Of a stretch of DNA of 64,000 nucleotides, positions 24,859 through 38,353 are shown piece after piece. Made by a program: the position numbers and the translations under genes. Source of the DNA: Hypanus sabinus. Its lineage: Eukaryota. Where the stretch lies: assembly GCF_030144855.1 (NCBI RefSeq), contig NC_082713.1, forward strand, positions 163,990,001 through 164,054,000. Direction: 5' to 3'. How positions within the stretch are numbered: the first letter of the stretch is position 1; the number at the start of each line of letters is the position of its first letter. The notes under the pieces are model-generated. The model did not search any database and had not been told where the DNA came from. It saw only the letters and a list, made by a program, of their open reading frames with translations.

Positions 24859-25440
24859 CTTTAAACAGTCCCTAATATTACTTTGATCAAACTTTTGGTC
24901 ATCTGTCCTTATATGATTTACTGTCAAGCCTTGTTTAATAACATCTTGGGATATGTTATGATGTCATATAAATTCAAAAGAGTGCTGCTGTATCACTCTC
25001 ACCTTTTCAAAAGGCATGCAATATTTGTGCCTGTGCTGTCATTTAATAGAATACCGGTTTGAAATTTCTTGGAAAATGATGATTAGTTGCTCTGCATTAT
25101 CATTGTAGTCTGAATTTCAATTGACTCCTTGAAAGACATAGTGCCAGAATGTTACTTAATAGTATCACTCAACTCTGAAGAAGAAATATTTGAAACAAGC
25201 TGCAAACAGGCAAATGGAGAAAAAAGTGGCATAACTTTCTTGTTGAGTGTCAGGTGATAATAACTGGAATGTGCACACATGAGTTCACTTAATGCTTCGC
25301 ATATTTACTTCACATGGAAGGGCCCCATTTTGTCAAGGGGGTATTTGGCTAGCTCTCAAAGCAATCTCATTAGTCCTTTTCCCCAGTAAACTGCTCTTAC
25401 ATGTCCAGTAACTCCATCTGAATCATGTATCCCCACCAAC

Positions 25441-25855
25441 GTTTTTCTTTTGCCCATTATGCCACTGGCGTTTTGGGCATCAATGAAAGCCCTCCATCTC
25501 TGGTGGTGTTCACACCTTCCTTTGTCATGTCAGTAGCTCCCTCTCAGTTTATTGTCAGTCATGCAGTCAGACGGAGACTCAGAAATACCATCACACTCAG
25601 ATGTAGAAGGATTCTTCATAGCTGTTTCCGCAACAGTTTTGTTTGACAAATCAGGGTTGTTAGCCGTGAGCTGAACCCCCAAACCTGGAGGACCAGTGGA
25701 TCACTCTTAATCTGACCTCTACCCTTTGACCTGTTTGGCAAGAATGACCATACTATGAACCAAGGCATGAAGCCCTGACTCCAGTCAACATAGCTCTCTG
25801 GGTTATTAAGGCACGCAAGTCTACAAACTATGATAGGGTTGTGGTCCTCTTGGGG
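25441..25855 (-). mobile_element. Non-autonomous RTE-derived element nested in a SINE
   Basis: RTE-type 5'UTR text aacccccaaacctggaggaccag...ccctttgacctgtttggca. Possible TSD cccaccaac/cccacctac. Confidence 0.5.
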
Positions 25856-26409
25856 AACCCACCTACATATTAGAGGTAATAGACCAGAGATAATTCACTT
25901 CCGAATTAGCATACATTTAGCAGGTGGGAGTCGACAGCAGGCCCATACAGTCATTCTAAGAATGTGCAAGCTCCATGCACATTCAGGGTCAGGGTCGAAC
26001 ACTTTTCACCGGAGCTATGAAGCAGCAGCATAGCCTGTTTCTCCAAATAACACCTTATGTGCCTTTTGATTCAGAAGAAAAACTGTCCATGTCTCCATGT
26101 AGAATCATATCATACTTTCATTCTGAAAAGTAGTGGAAGTACTATCCATTTTCACAAAGATCACACAAACAGCACCAAGATAAGTGGACTGGGTTTTTCA
26201 GTGATCCAATCAATGTGGTTAAATGCCCTTCTAGATACCTGTACTGTTGAAATCATATCTCCATGTTGTACAAAATGGATGTACCTATCCAATTTTATCT
26301 TAAATGCTGAAATCAAACATGTCAACATTTCCATCAATCAACATTCATCAAATAATACAACACTTCTGCTGGCAGCTCATTCCACACTCTCAACACCCTC
26401 TGAGTTAAG

Positions 26410-28720
26410 AAGTTCTCCCTCACCCTTAACCCATGACCCTTAGTTTTAATCTCACCCAACCTCAGTGGAAAAGCCTGCTTGCATTTGCTCTATCTAAACT
26501 CCTTATAATTTTGTATACCTCTATCAAATCTCCATTCATTCTCCTACACCTTAGGGAATAAAGTCCTAACCTATTTAAACTTTCCCTATAACTTTCCTTG
26601 AAGTCCTGTCAACATCCTTGTAAATCTTCTCTGCAGTCTTCCAGTCTTAATGACATCTTTTCTGTAGGTGGGTGACCAAAACTGCACACGGTTCTTCAAG
26701 TTAGACCTCGCCAGTGTCTTATACAATTTCAATATACCATCCCAACCTCTGAATCCCAGACTTTGAATTATGAAGGTCAATATGTCAAAAAGCTTTCTCT
26801 CCAACCCTGTCAACCTGTGACACTACTTTCATGGAATAATGGATCTCTGTTCACAGATCCCGCTATTCTACTGCGTGAACAGTACCCTACTGTTCTGTTC
26901 CTCACTAGGAACAGTGCCTCAGTGCCCTACTGCTCTCCATGCAAGTTCTAGCTGGGTGTGTCCTCCCAAAGTGCAACACCTCACATGAGTCTGCATTAAA
27001 TTCTATCTTCCATTTCTCAGCTTATTTTATTTCCAGCTGGTTCAGATCCTGCTGCAAGTTTTGATAGCCTTCCTCACTATTCACAACACCCCTAACCTTG
27101 GTGCCGTTCGCAAATTTGCTGATTCAATTTACTACATTATCATCTAGATCAATGATATAGATGACAATGATCTAGGTCAGGGATGGTCAACCTATGGCGC
27201 ATTGAATGATGAGAAGTGATACATTGCACCCCAGTGATAATAATAAAAAAGTCAGCCTACTCATGCAAAAAGTATTAACCAAAAACCGATTTGTAGAAAA
27301 AAATCTGTAACAGGAATTCAAGTAGCTTAGAGCCAGAGATGGGTTTTACTGAGAATAAATTTAAATTTAGCAATTATTTTTAGTGATTTTATTATTTCGT
27401 GCACATCTTTTGGCGATATAATCTTTCACATTAATCTGTTTTCAATTTTTAAAAAATGTTCAATGAGCCAAACTAGAACTTTTGTTCTGCAATCGTTCAA
27501 TACATGTTTGATACTTGTTTGATCCTAAGGCACCAGGCTTCTGCACCAGCGGTGCGTCGCAGGTCTTTGCCAGTCAGTTTACAATTGACACTTGTGCACT
27601 ATGGAGTTGTGCTTTGTTCGTCCTTTGTGAACATCTGCAGTTTTGTACTTTTTCGAAAATTAAGCCTTGTTTTTACATTCAGTTACCCATCACAGTGCGA
27701 AAGAAAAGCAGAAAGTGATAGTAATCGTAAATTCAATGAACAGTGGGAAAATGAGTTCTTATTTATAGCGGGTCCGTCAGGAAAACTGTTGTGCATTGTT
27801 TGTGAAAAAGCTATCTCATAATAGAAGACATGATCTTAATAGACACTATAAAACACAACATCAGACTGAAATACAAGGAAAACTGAAGCTAGTGCTTGGG
27901 TCTGAGTTATGAAAAGAATATGTGATTAAGAAAAAGGAAGAAATCAAAAGAAGACAAAATATATTTGTTAGAAGTCTCATTAAGGTAAGTAGTGTTTATC
28001 TCATTTTTATATTAAATCAATATATTATGTAAAAATGCTAAATATATCTATATTAACATAAATTTACAAGAATTGAATAGGGGTACAAGAGTTGTATGGT
28101 GCATCTGAACTGGTGTGTGAAAAAGTTGATGCATGGAATGTAAAAGGTTGGCCACCCCTGATCTAGGTGATAACACGAGACCCAGCACCAATCCCTGTGG
28201 CACTCCACTAATTCTGCAGTCAGACAGGCAACCACTTACTACCATACTCTGACTTCTTCTGCAAAGCCAAGATCAAATCCAATTTACTACTCCTCCTGAA
28301 TGACAAGTGATTGAACCTTCTTGACCAACTTCCCACGTGGGAGCTTGTCAAAGGCCTTGCTAAAGTCCATGTAGACAACATCCTTTGTCTATCCAAATAC
28401 TTACATATCTAGTCCCTTAGAACACCTGACAATAACTTACCCGCTACTGATACTAGGCTCACCAGCCTATGAGTTCCTGACTTATTCTTAGATAATTTCT
28501 TAAACAACGGAACAACATTAGCTGTCCTCCAATTCTCCAGCACTTGAACTGTTGGCAAGGATGTTTTAAATATCTCTGCTAGGGCACCTGCAATTCCTGC
28601 CACCCACAAAGTCTGTGAGAACATCTTGTCAGCACCTGGAGACTTGTCCACCCTAATTTGCATCACGGCAGCAAACAGTTCTTCCTCTGAAATTTGGATA
28701 TGGTCGCTGCAGAATGACCA
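26410..28720 (-). mobile_element. CR1 ORF2 fragment interrupted by the hAT element
   Basis: ORFs 28409 (VDKSPGAD..NWRTANVVPLFKK), 28048 (SGVPQGLVLG) and 26586 (LYKTLARSNL..VQFWSPTYRKD). Confidence 0.85.
27178..28160 (+). mobile_element. 983-bp internally deleted hAT (Buster/SPIN/GTF2IRD2-like) transposon retaining the N-terminal zinc finger
   Basis: TIRs CAGGGATGGTCAACCT / CAGGGGTGGCCAACCT (rc). Perfect TSD atctaggt (27170-27177, 28161-28168). Reads RKFNEQWENEFLF..LCIVCEKAI, then after a frameshift HNRRHDLNRHYKTQH...KRRQNIF. Confidence 0.92.
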
Positions 28721-30699
28721 CACAAGTAGCACAGAGATAAATGGAAGGAGCTTCTGATTAATCCAATCTATGTGGGTAAAATTCCTTCTAGATGCAAGCA
28801 GCCTTCTTCTGTTGAAACTATATCTCCATTTTGTGATCTTATTGTATTCTTTATTTGCTCCTTGTGTTCTTTTTTTCTGGTGCCTTTTTAGTTACTTTTA
28901 ACATCAGCTTTACACCAAATCAGGTTTTAGGAATTCTCCTGATGGCTCAGTAAATGTATCCAGTGAGAAATAAATCATAAAAAAAACAATACCCTGCCAA
29001 CTGTCACTGTCACAATATGGTAAAGTAGGCAAGGGGAATGTCTATAGCAGAAAGGAAATGAAAGGAAGAGGACAAAGCAAAGTAAAGAGAATGGGTGGAA
29101 CTACTGTTTGCAATCCACTTATAGCAGGAACTTCATAGTTTCCAGCCATCAAAACTGTGTAGTATTGCACTGAGAATTATTTATTTGTTGCTGCTATTTA
29201 TTTGGTTTCTGCCATTCTGAAAAGGACCAGCCATTCTGCAACCAGAATGTTGTTTGCATTTGGCCTCCATGTGTTGTAACTAGAGATATTCCAATCACTT
29301 CCCACATGCTCCTTCACTATTTTGAGTTGTCATGGGCCAAGGATTCCTATGAGTCAGTGAAGATGTTACCATTTTTTACATAATTTTTTGTTTCCATTCC
29401 TTTCTTTTCAGTGTTTTCTCTGACAACCTGCAAATTGCTTGCTGTGCTCGGAATATTGAGTTTGTTTCAGGAATCTGATGTCAGTTGTGTGAATAACGTG
29501 ACCCATTCACCACAGCTGACTGAGCATGATTGAGAGTTGATATGGGAGAGGATGCTACATTGGCCTATCCTGCTCATGGATTTTGTAGAATTATGTAAAC
29601 ACCTCTCCAACACTTTTAGGTGTCTACTATATATTGGCCATGTCTCCAACTTCTAGAGCAGGCGGGGATTGCTCCTGCTTTGCAGTTCATATACCATCAA
29701 GGAGAAGCTACAGGAGCCTGAAGACACACACTCAATGTTTCAGGAAAAGCTCTGCCATCAGACTTCTGAATGGACAATGAACCCATAAACATTTTCTCAG
29801 TACTTTCCTCTCTATTTTAGCACTACTTATTTATTTTTTATATATACTTCATGTTGTAATTTATAGTTTTTACCTCTATGTATTGCAATGCTTCTGCTGT
29901 AAAGCGACACACTTCATGACATATGCTGGTGATATTAAACCAATTCAGATTATAGTTTTGACTTTTCTGAGTGTTGCCAAAACTGTACTTAACCAGTCAA
30001 ATAAGGAGTATTCCATCACAGCTGTGACATGGGCTTATGGTCAGACTTTGGTGACTTAAGAGAAGAGTTACTCCATCTGTCCTTTGATTTAAACTATTGT
30101 AGCAGGAATATTGCTGGGGATAAGATGAAGTACTGAGACATACTGTACCTTGTCTCAGTGATACAGTCTTGTTGGACCCTTAAGTACATTGGGTTTTGGT
30201 CTGTGGTGAATCGTGATATGTATTCATGAAACAGACAGAAGATGGTGACATATTTTTGGAGACAATAAAGTTTAAGAAAAATCCTCTATGGTCCTTCTCT
30301 AACTTTGAAGTTTAAGAACTTTGTGGGTCAAAGAAAGCTATATGAAGTGACAGTACTATTCCTCATATGTTCCTTGGACTTGTCAGATTGTGAAAATCAT
30401 GTCTATTGTGTTTCTTTATGGGCAGAAACCACATTGAGACTGTGGAAGGAAATTCACATCTACTGAGAAGATTCAGATTTTTTTTCTTTGAAGGTGGTCA
30501 TAACAGTGATTTTTCTGTGATTCCCTGCATGTCTTCTCTTTGCAGTTTAAGGAGATGAGGATCATGAATTCACATTTAAGGTACTTTTTACATCAATATT
30601 TACTGAGGAAAAGAATAAGGGGTGTATAGGAAAACCATTGTGGGTCATTCTAATATTCTAGGTATGTTGAAATAAAGAAGGAGGTGGCAAATCCTAAAC

Positions 30700-31105
30700 T
30701 CAAGAGATTCTGCATGTTGGAAATCCAAAGCACCATACACAAAATGCTGGTCAGGCAGCATCCATGGAAATGAACAGTCAACATTTCAAGCCAAGATCCT
30801 TCTTCAGGACTGTAAAGGGATAAAAAGGTGGGTAGAGGAGAAGAAGGATAGCTAGAAGATGATAGCTGAAGCCAGATGAGTGGAAAAGGTAAAGGGCTGG
30901 AAATGAAGGAATCTGATAGGAAAGCAGAGTGGACCACAGGAGAAAGGGAGGGAGGAAAAGGAAGGCGAGGTGATAGGCAGGTGAGAAGAGTAAAGAGATC
31001 AGAGTGGGAAATAGAAGGAAAGGGTGGGGGAGGGATTTTTTTTACCAGAAGGAGAAATCGATGCTCATGTCATCAGGTTGGACTTAACCCCGACAAAATA
31101 TAAGG
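30700..31105 (-). mobile_element. Penelope-like element 3' end with hammerhead motif at 30775-30812
   Basis: The minus strand has the ...QPDDMSIDF ORF end, a pyrimidine-rich UTR, then CAGTC-CTGAAGA-...-GAAAT-GTT-GACTG. Confidence 0.65.
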
Positions 31106-32569
31106 GGGAAGAAGGAGGTGTGTTAAGTTTCTTAAAGAACATTAAGGTGCATTAGCCTCCAGGGCTTGATGTGATATATCCCAAATTACTGAGACAGACA
31201 AGAAATGAGATTGTTGAGGCCTTGATCAGTATCTTTGTATCCTCCTTGCATTTAAGTTAAGAGGGGCTCAGTTCAGAGGAGATATACAGGGCATTTTTTA
31301 ACACAGAGCAGTGGGTGCCAGTAGAGGTTATGGTGACAAATACAATAGAGGGGCTCAAGAGTCTCTTAGATAGGCACAAGAATGTGCAGGAAATGGAAGG
31401 ATATGGACATTGTGTCAGCATAAGGAAATAGGTTAGTTGAGCATTTGATTATAAATTTAATTAGCTTAGCATAACATTGTGTGCAGAATGATCCATTTCT
31501 GTGTTCTATATTCTGTATACCACTCAAATCAAAATTATTCCCACCTCTGTGTATTCAATACTTTTGGCATTTCAAGACCATGCCCTTCCCAAACGTTCTT
31601 ACATGTATAATCAAATGGATTGAAACACTGCAACTCAGAGTTTTTAAACTGAAATGTACTTCAGTCAAGGTCAATTGAGAATGATATGGCTTGGCTATAC
31701 CTAGATTCAGCTAAGATGGATGGTTCTGAGGAATTTGTGAGCTTGAAAAATGATGAGAATTTCAGTAGCAATTTCTGAAGCTGGAACTGACATTTAGCAG
31801 CTTCCTTCTTGGCATTTTGCCTGGTCTCACTTCTAGCACACTGCCACTGGGAGATGCTTATTTCACCCAATCCCCATTGAGAACTTCTAAGAACCAGATG
31901 TGCCATTCTCTATGGGAGAATGTTTTCACCATTGCAGAGAAAGAATGAAGTAAGATCCAGTCTGGAGAATGGACCCACCAGGATGGCCTTCCCCACAGTG
32001 GCCAAACAAGGACACTATTAAATTAATATTATTCAGAGGAGCACACAACATGAAAGATGCATTAAGACAAATCTATTATCATCTCTTGAAATCTTGCTGT
32101 TGATTATATATTCTCCAGATATGATTAGATAGCTACAAATAGAATCTAGTACAGATACTCTACTTTGGCTGGACATAGTTCAGTAGTTCTTCAACAAGTT
32201 TCCAAGTGTAGGCTGACATCCTGAGTTGAGATGATGTTATAGCTAAGGCTTATGCTTAATTGAATCACTAGCACATTGGCAACTTAGTCGACTTCCATCT
32301 TTGTTTAAACTTCCATTAATGCCAAACTTCGTTGAACATGAATGGAAGTCAACATACTTATCCTGAGGACTAAGGCCTCACTGGTGTCTAAATGAACCTT
32401 TTGTGTCTCCTTGGTGCGATGCAAGGGTCGACATTAAAGTAAATGGTTCATTACTCATGCTCCATAGGAGGTCCGTGTGACCGATAAGTCCTTTGCTTTT
32501 GGCTACACCTTTGGATTTGTAACAGGACCAGTCGGGAGTTCGGTAGTATCAGCCCTTGTGTGTAGGATC

Positions 32570-32760
32570 CTAGTAAGTAAATTAAGGATTCAAGTTCAAT
32601 TCCAGGAATTTGTACTCAGATACGTCAGTGCTCAACTGTGGGAGAAGTACACTGTCAGATATGCATCATTTCAGATGAGAGTTAAAACACAGCACCATCC
32701 TTAATCTGGTAAATATAAATGGTCCAATCGATTTGCTAAAGAGGGAGTGAGGAGCTATCT
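32570..32760 (+). mobile_element. Ancient Deu-domain SINE (SacSINE1/AmnSINE-like)
   Basis: cagtgctcaactgtgggagaagtacactgtcagatatgcatcatttcagatgagagttaaaac resembles the Deu-domain consensus as I recall it. Confidence 0.5.
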
Positions 32761-34229
32761 TGTGGATCTTTAAATCCAGATCTTTACTTCATACTCCTGT
32801 ATTCCATTGCATTGTTTGGGTGAGTTGGGTGGAGGTGCCTGCTCCTTGCATTACTACCTTGATTGGCTGTAGGTATTAGCTTTCCACTGTGCCTGAAATT
32901 CCATCTCTATACGTATTTGGATGGGCTTTGTGCTATAGTGGAAATTATCAGTTCTCAGATTGCAAAGCACACACTTCTTAAAGAAGACTATCCTAGAGGT
33001 TCTGATGAAATTGCCATAAAGTTGTCATATTTTTGCTAATCTATATCTTTGCAATCTCTTTCAGAAACATAAGGGTCTTGTATTCATTTCTGAGCATGCA
33101 CATCACAGCCATGATTCCACTCTGCTCAACAATGCATCCATATAATTAACACAAACATAAGGGATAAAACAAGGTTTATGTATTATGTTGCTGAAAGTTC
33201 CCTTAATTGTGCTTTTAATGAAAAGCATCCCTTAGAACCTGCAAAAGGAGCATTCCATGTTGGGAAAATTGCAGTTGTGAGATGTCACCATAAATCTTTA
33301 GGAAGTTACAGACTAAACTAGAACCAATTCCTATTGCCCCAGCCTCAATATCTTCCATAGCAGAAGCAGGCAGCCTCACTGCGAACTCCATAGTGGTTTA
33401 CTTTGGAGACTGTGTGGTGACTGAGACTGCAGATGCAACTTCCTCCCCATCAGGACCTCACTGGCATGCCACACCATTTTGACCCTAAATCAGATGCGAT
33501 TGACCCATATGAAATGAGGACTATGTAAATGAGCCAGTGCCAAAATGGCAGGGAAGATGGAAGCAAGAGACATGATGTTTTTAGTCTTTTAAAGTGGAAG
33601 AAAAAGTTTCGCAATTGTTTATGCGCATAATTGTTCTTAAAGAAGTGTATGGTTGCCCATAAGCTTCTAAGTTCTCTTTAGCAAGAGATCAAAGTTCAAA
33701 GTAAATGTTATTATCAAAGTACATATATGTCAGCATATACAACCTAACCCTGAGATCCACTTTCTTGTGGGAATACTCAACATATCTATAGAATGGTAAC
33801 TATAATAGGATCAATGAAAGACTGCCCAACAATGGCATTCAATCACATTGCAGAAGGCAACAAGCCGTGTAAATGCAAATATAAATAAATAGCAATTAAT
33901 AATGAGAACACAAGAGTACTTGAAAATGAGTCCATTGGCTGTGGGAACATTTCAATAATAGGGAAAATGAAGTAGATTGAAGTTATCCCCTTGTGCATGT
34001 TTTGTTTTATAGCCGTTATTTTTAGTGGGTGCTCAAAGCATGAGAAAAGAAGCTAGATGGTGTTATTTCAACTGCTCTGTTCCTATTCTAGCATTTTCCT
34101 GTGGTTCTGGAACTAAAGGTTACAGCACCACGTCTCTCCCCTTGGCATTTAACTTATTCAATAGGCTCCCTACTACTTATATTTAGCATTTTATCACCTT
34201 CTGTTATGTTACTGTGAATGGCATGTCCA

Positions 34230-34810
34230 GGTCAGAATCAGAGTCAGGTTTATTATCACCAGCATGTGTCGTGAAATTTGTTAACTTAGCAGCGGCAGTT
34301 CAATGTAATATATGATAATATAGGAAGAAAAAGTAAGTATGGAAAGAATATGTATATTGTATAGATTAAAAGTAGTGCAAAATCAGAAATAATATATATT
34401 TTAAAAAGTGAGGTAGTATTCATGGGTTCAAGGCCCATTTTGGAATCATGTGGCAGAGGGGATAAATTTGCTCTTAAAACGCTGAGTGTGTGCCTTCAGG
34501 CTTCTGTATCTCCTACCTGATGGTAACAATGAGAAGAGGGCATGTCCTGGGTGATGGGGGTCCTTAATAATGGATGTCATCTTTCTGAGGCACTGCTCCT
34601 TGAAGGTGTCTTGGATATTATGAAGGCTAGTATCCAAGATGGAGCTGACTAATTTTACAATGGTCTGTAGTTTCTTTCAATCATGTGCAGTAGCACCCCC
34701 TCCACCCCATATGAAATGGTGATGTGGCCTGTCAGAATTCTCTCCACAGTACTTCTATAGAAGTTTTCAAGTGTTTTAGTTGATAAACCGAACCTCTTCA
34801 AAGACCTAAT
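34230..34810 (-). mobile_element. Rex1-type LINE 3' fragment
   Basis: ORF 34446 has SIIKDPHHPGHALFSLLPSGRRYRSLKAHTQRFK. (TCTGAT)n-type tail. Related pieces at ~29650-29950, 33690-33990 and 36190-36600. Confidence 0.8.
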
Positions 34811-37800
34811 GACCTACACCTGTAAAATATTAGCATCGGTTTTGTGTGGGATGCATCTGAAATACAATTTTTCTTTGTATATAAATCTCTTGCTACAAGT
34901 GAAGATTATGTAGAGCATAGAGCATTACAGTATAGTACAGGCCCTTCAGTCCACAATGTTGTGCCAGTCTTTTAACCTACTCTAAGATCAATCTAATTCT
35001 TCCCTCCTGCATAACACCCCTTTTTCCCATCATCCATGTGCCTACCTGGTAAATATGAATCACATAACCTGAAAAACATTCTGAGGTTTCAAGATTCTCC
35101 TCCCTTCTTTACAGACCCTCCATATTCTTCCTGCACACATCCCTAACATTCTCATATATCTTGGTGAATGCCAAGAACATTTCAGGGTTTGCTCTCTGAG
35201 TATAAACATACAAAAGCAACATCTGAAGACTATAGACTCACAACTCAGATCCTCAAACGTTGATTCTAGAATACAATGAAGAAAACTGAACAGTTTTCAG
35301 CTTATGTTTGCAACAGATCCAAACAACCTGATGGCTGTGTAGGCCAAATAATTCGGGTATATTTAAAGAGGTTTAAAAATAGGTTCTTGATTAGTAAGGT
35401 TGCAAAGGATATGGGGAGAAGGCAGGAGAATGGGGCTGAGAGGGATAGTAAATCAGCCAAGATGGATTTGATGGACTGAATGGACTAATTCTGCTCCCAT
35501 ATCTTATGATCTAAAACAATTAAGTTTATGATCAGATTCTGAACATCCTGGTCAATCAAAATGGTCCTGGGGTCTACTGGTAGAGAAACCAAACATCTCT
35601 GGATGGCTATAAATCACAACGGGAAACAAACTGATTCTACAGCTACTGTTGGTTGGGAGTTGTCACATTGTCTGAGCTTCCTTTCTGGAGACTTTACACC
35701 CTTCGATATGGATCTTCCAGAACCCAAATGAACAGTATGTCTTCAACATTATTAATGATGAGAATTTGCAAGGTGTTGTGGTGCAGGGAGGTGGTAGTGA
35801 AGTAGGTTGAAGAGGGAGCTGATGCAGAAATAGTGAGTGACCCATCCAGAGACTAACTGGGAAACTGATCATCTTTCCGGGCTTGACTTAAAACCTGGTG
35901 CTCTGTAAAATTACTGCACCTCCAGAACATCAAAATAAAATTGTAGGAGTTGTAATTCCAAAATAAAAAACAGAAAACGCTGGGGGGAAAAAACCCTCAG
36001 CAAACAGAACCACCTGGCAAAGAGGAACATTTCAGGTCAGAGACTCTTCTTCAAATTAGGATCTTTATAGGTGCTTCCTGAATTGCTGAAGCATTTTCAG
36101 GACTTTCCATTTCTATCAGAGTATCTCCTATCTGTTACACTTTACCATCCATGTTGAGTGTCACATTTAGATTATCGGGTCACACATGAGAAAACGATCA
36201 GAATTAGGTTTAATCAAACCAGCAAGTGCCGTGATATTTGTTGTCTTTGCTGCAGTAGTACAATCCAAAACATAACAATAAAAATAAAAATTGTGAATTA
36301 CAGTATGTATAGAATAGTTAAATTAAATAAACAGTGCCAAATGGATTTTTTTTTAAAAATGAGTTGGTGTTTCCAAGGGTCAATGTCAGTTCAGAAGTCG
36401 GATGGCAGAGGGGGAAAGAGATGTCCTAGACGCTGAAAAGGCTAGTGCCCATGATGGAGCTGACGAAGTTTACATCTCTCCGCAGCTTACTGAGATTCTG
36501 TGTAGTTAGACCTCCCGCCCTCTCCCCCCACCCCGCCCCATACCAGACGGTGGTGCAGCCAGTTGAATGCTCTCCACTGTACATCTGCAGAAATTTGTTA
36601 ATAAATGTGATCATCTACAGGTTTGTAGAACATGAATAATCCACGGTTGAGTTCTGACTTCAGCTTTCACTTAGCAACCAGACGTTGTGACTTTACAATG
36701 ACACTTTTAAGTAATTTAGTCCTCATCCAACAATTACTCAAAGATATCTTCATTTAATCATGGGAATTTTGTTTGCGCTTTAAAATTACACAGAGCTGGA
36801 AAGCTCAGAGGAAAAGGTGGGGGTGGGAGGGGGTGTGGAAGGTGGTATCCCTATCGCACTGAGAGGGAACGAACTGCATAATTGCTGAAACCATTGACCT
36901 AGATCCAAGTCCAATGCTTATTTTGTGCAACCAGGGGTTTCAGTGGGACTTAACTTGCCGGCTTAATTTCTCACATCCCATTAGCTTTCACATTCTGAGT
37001 TCATATTTAGAAATAATTTATGTGGTTTCCTATCTCCACTGGCAAGACGAGTATTAGCTGTATTTAGGGCTTCTTAACAGAACCGTGGAATGTGTTGCGA
37101 AGGCCTATTAATAACAGCTGACGATGGGCGGTGTGAATTTCAACAGTATTCTGCAACTGATGCTCCGCTGAACGAGCGGGCCGCATAGAAATTGAGCCAC
37201 CATCACGCTCGTTCATAAAGTGTGGGATCAAATGCATTGAAAAAGGCGAATCCTTTATTGTAATACCAGTGCAGGCCGCCGCGGGTTGGCAACAACTCAC
37301 CTGTAGCTAGAGGCCGCTTTGCCTCCATCTGTTGAGCCGGCAGTCTGCTGCTTGGGAACTACCAAAGTTTAACACTAACGGTCGCTACAGGGTTAACAAA
37401 CATTGTTTTTTAATAATATTCTGATATGTGCTAAGCGAGACTCCCGACATATATCGTTGTTTTAATTCATATTTTAGTGGAATCCTCCATTGAAGGTTTC
37501 CGTATAAATCGGCTGTGGTTTATACAGTCATTGCAAAGGGTAGTGAAACACTGGCATCTTACACAAACAATGCGTGTACCTCGATAGGCAGTTTAGGAAG
37601 CGGGTGTCTCTCATGAATAGACCGCGATCTCAAAGGTGAGCAGGAGTGACTGGTAGTGGAGGGAAGGGGGTTAACGAGGGGGGAAAAAACGTGCGTAACG
37701 GTCTCAATCCAACAAGTTGTCGGGTGTTAGTTCAGCTTTGACAATAGCCCGGATACCATCAGGACTTAAACATCTTTGTGCAGCCAATATTATTATTTTT

Positions 37801-38222
37801 TCAACAAAAAAAAATGCTTGGTCCGCTCTCTGCACCCATGCTCTCATTGTCAGCGACCTTCAGAGGCAATTTGTAAATAACAGGAAGAAGTGATGCTAAA
37901 ACATAACACCGAGGCATTACGTGGGCTTCGGGAGCAGGGTGTTGTCTGCCGCCTTCTCCCTGCAAGGAAAACACGGTCACGTACTTTCAGAAAATAAGGC
38001 GATCACTTTCCTCGCTCTTTCACTCTCAGAGGTCGATCGCACTCCCAAGGAGGGAGGAAAGGGAACTGGTCAATACTGAGCAGCAGTGTCATTCCGTTTG
38101 CCTTCACCTGCTCGCCTCGCTGTCTGCATGCGGCGACCGGGAACGCCACAGAAGGGGGCTCAGCGTTCAGCTTTGCCATCGATTTGGCCCTGGTTTGCCG
38201 CGGGAAAACATTAGCAGGCGAA

Positions 38223-38246
38223 AACAACAACAACAACAACAACAAC
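38223..38246 (+). repeat. (AAC)8 microsatellite just upstream of the KCNC2 ATG
   Basis: aacaacaacaacaacaacaacaac, followed by A-rich and (GA)n tracts. Confidence 0.95.
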
Positions 38247-38353
38247 AAAAATCCCATTTTACCCCTCCCCATTCCAAAGAAAAAAAAGAGAGAGAGAAAG
38301 AAATATTTCACTGCAGCGGGTCTCTTTTTCCGAGTCATGTCTGAGCCGGAGAG

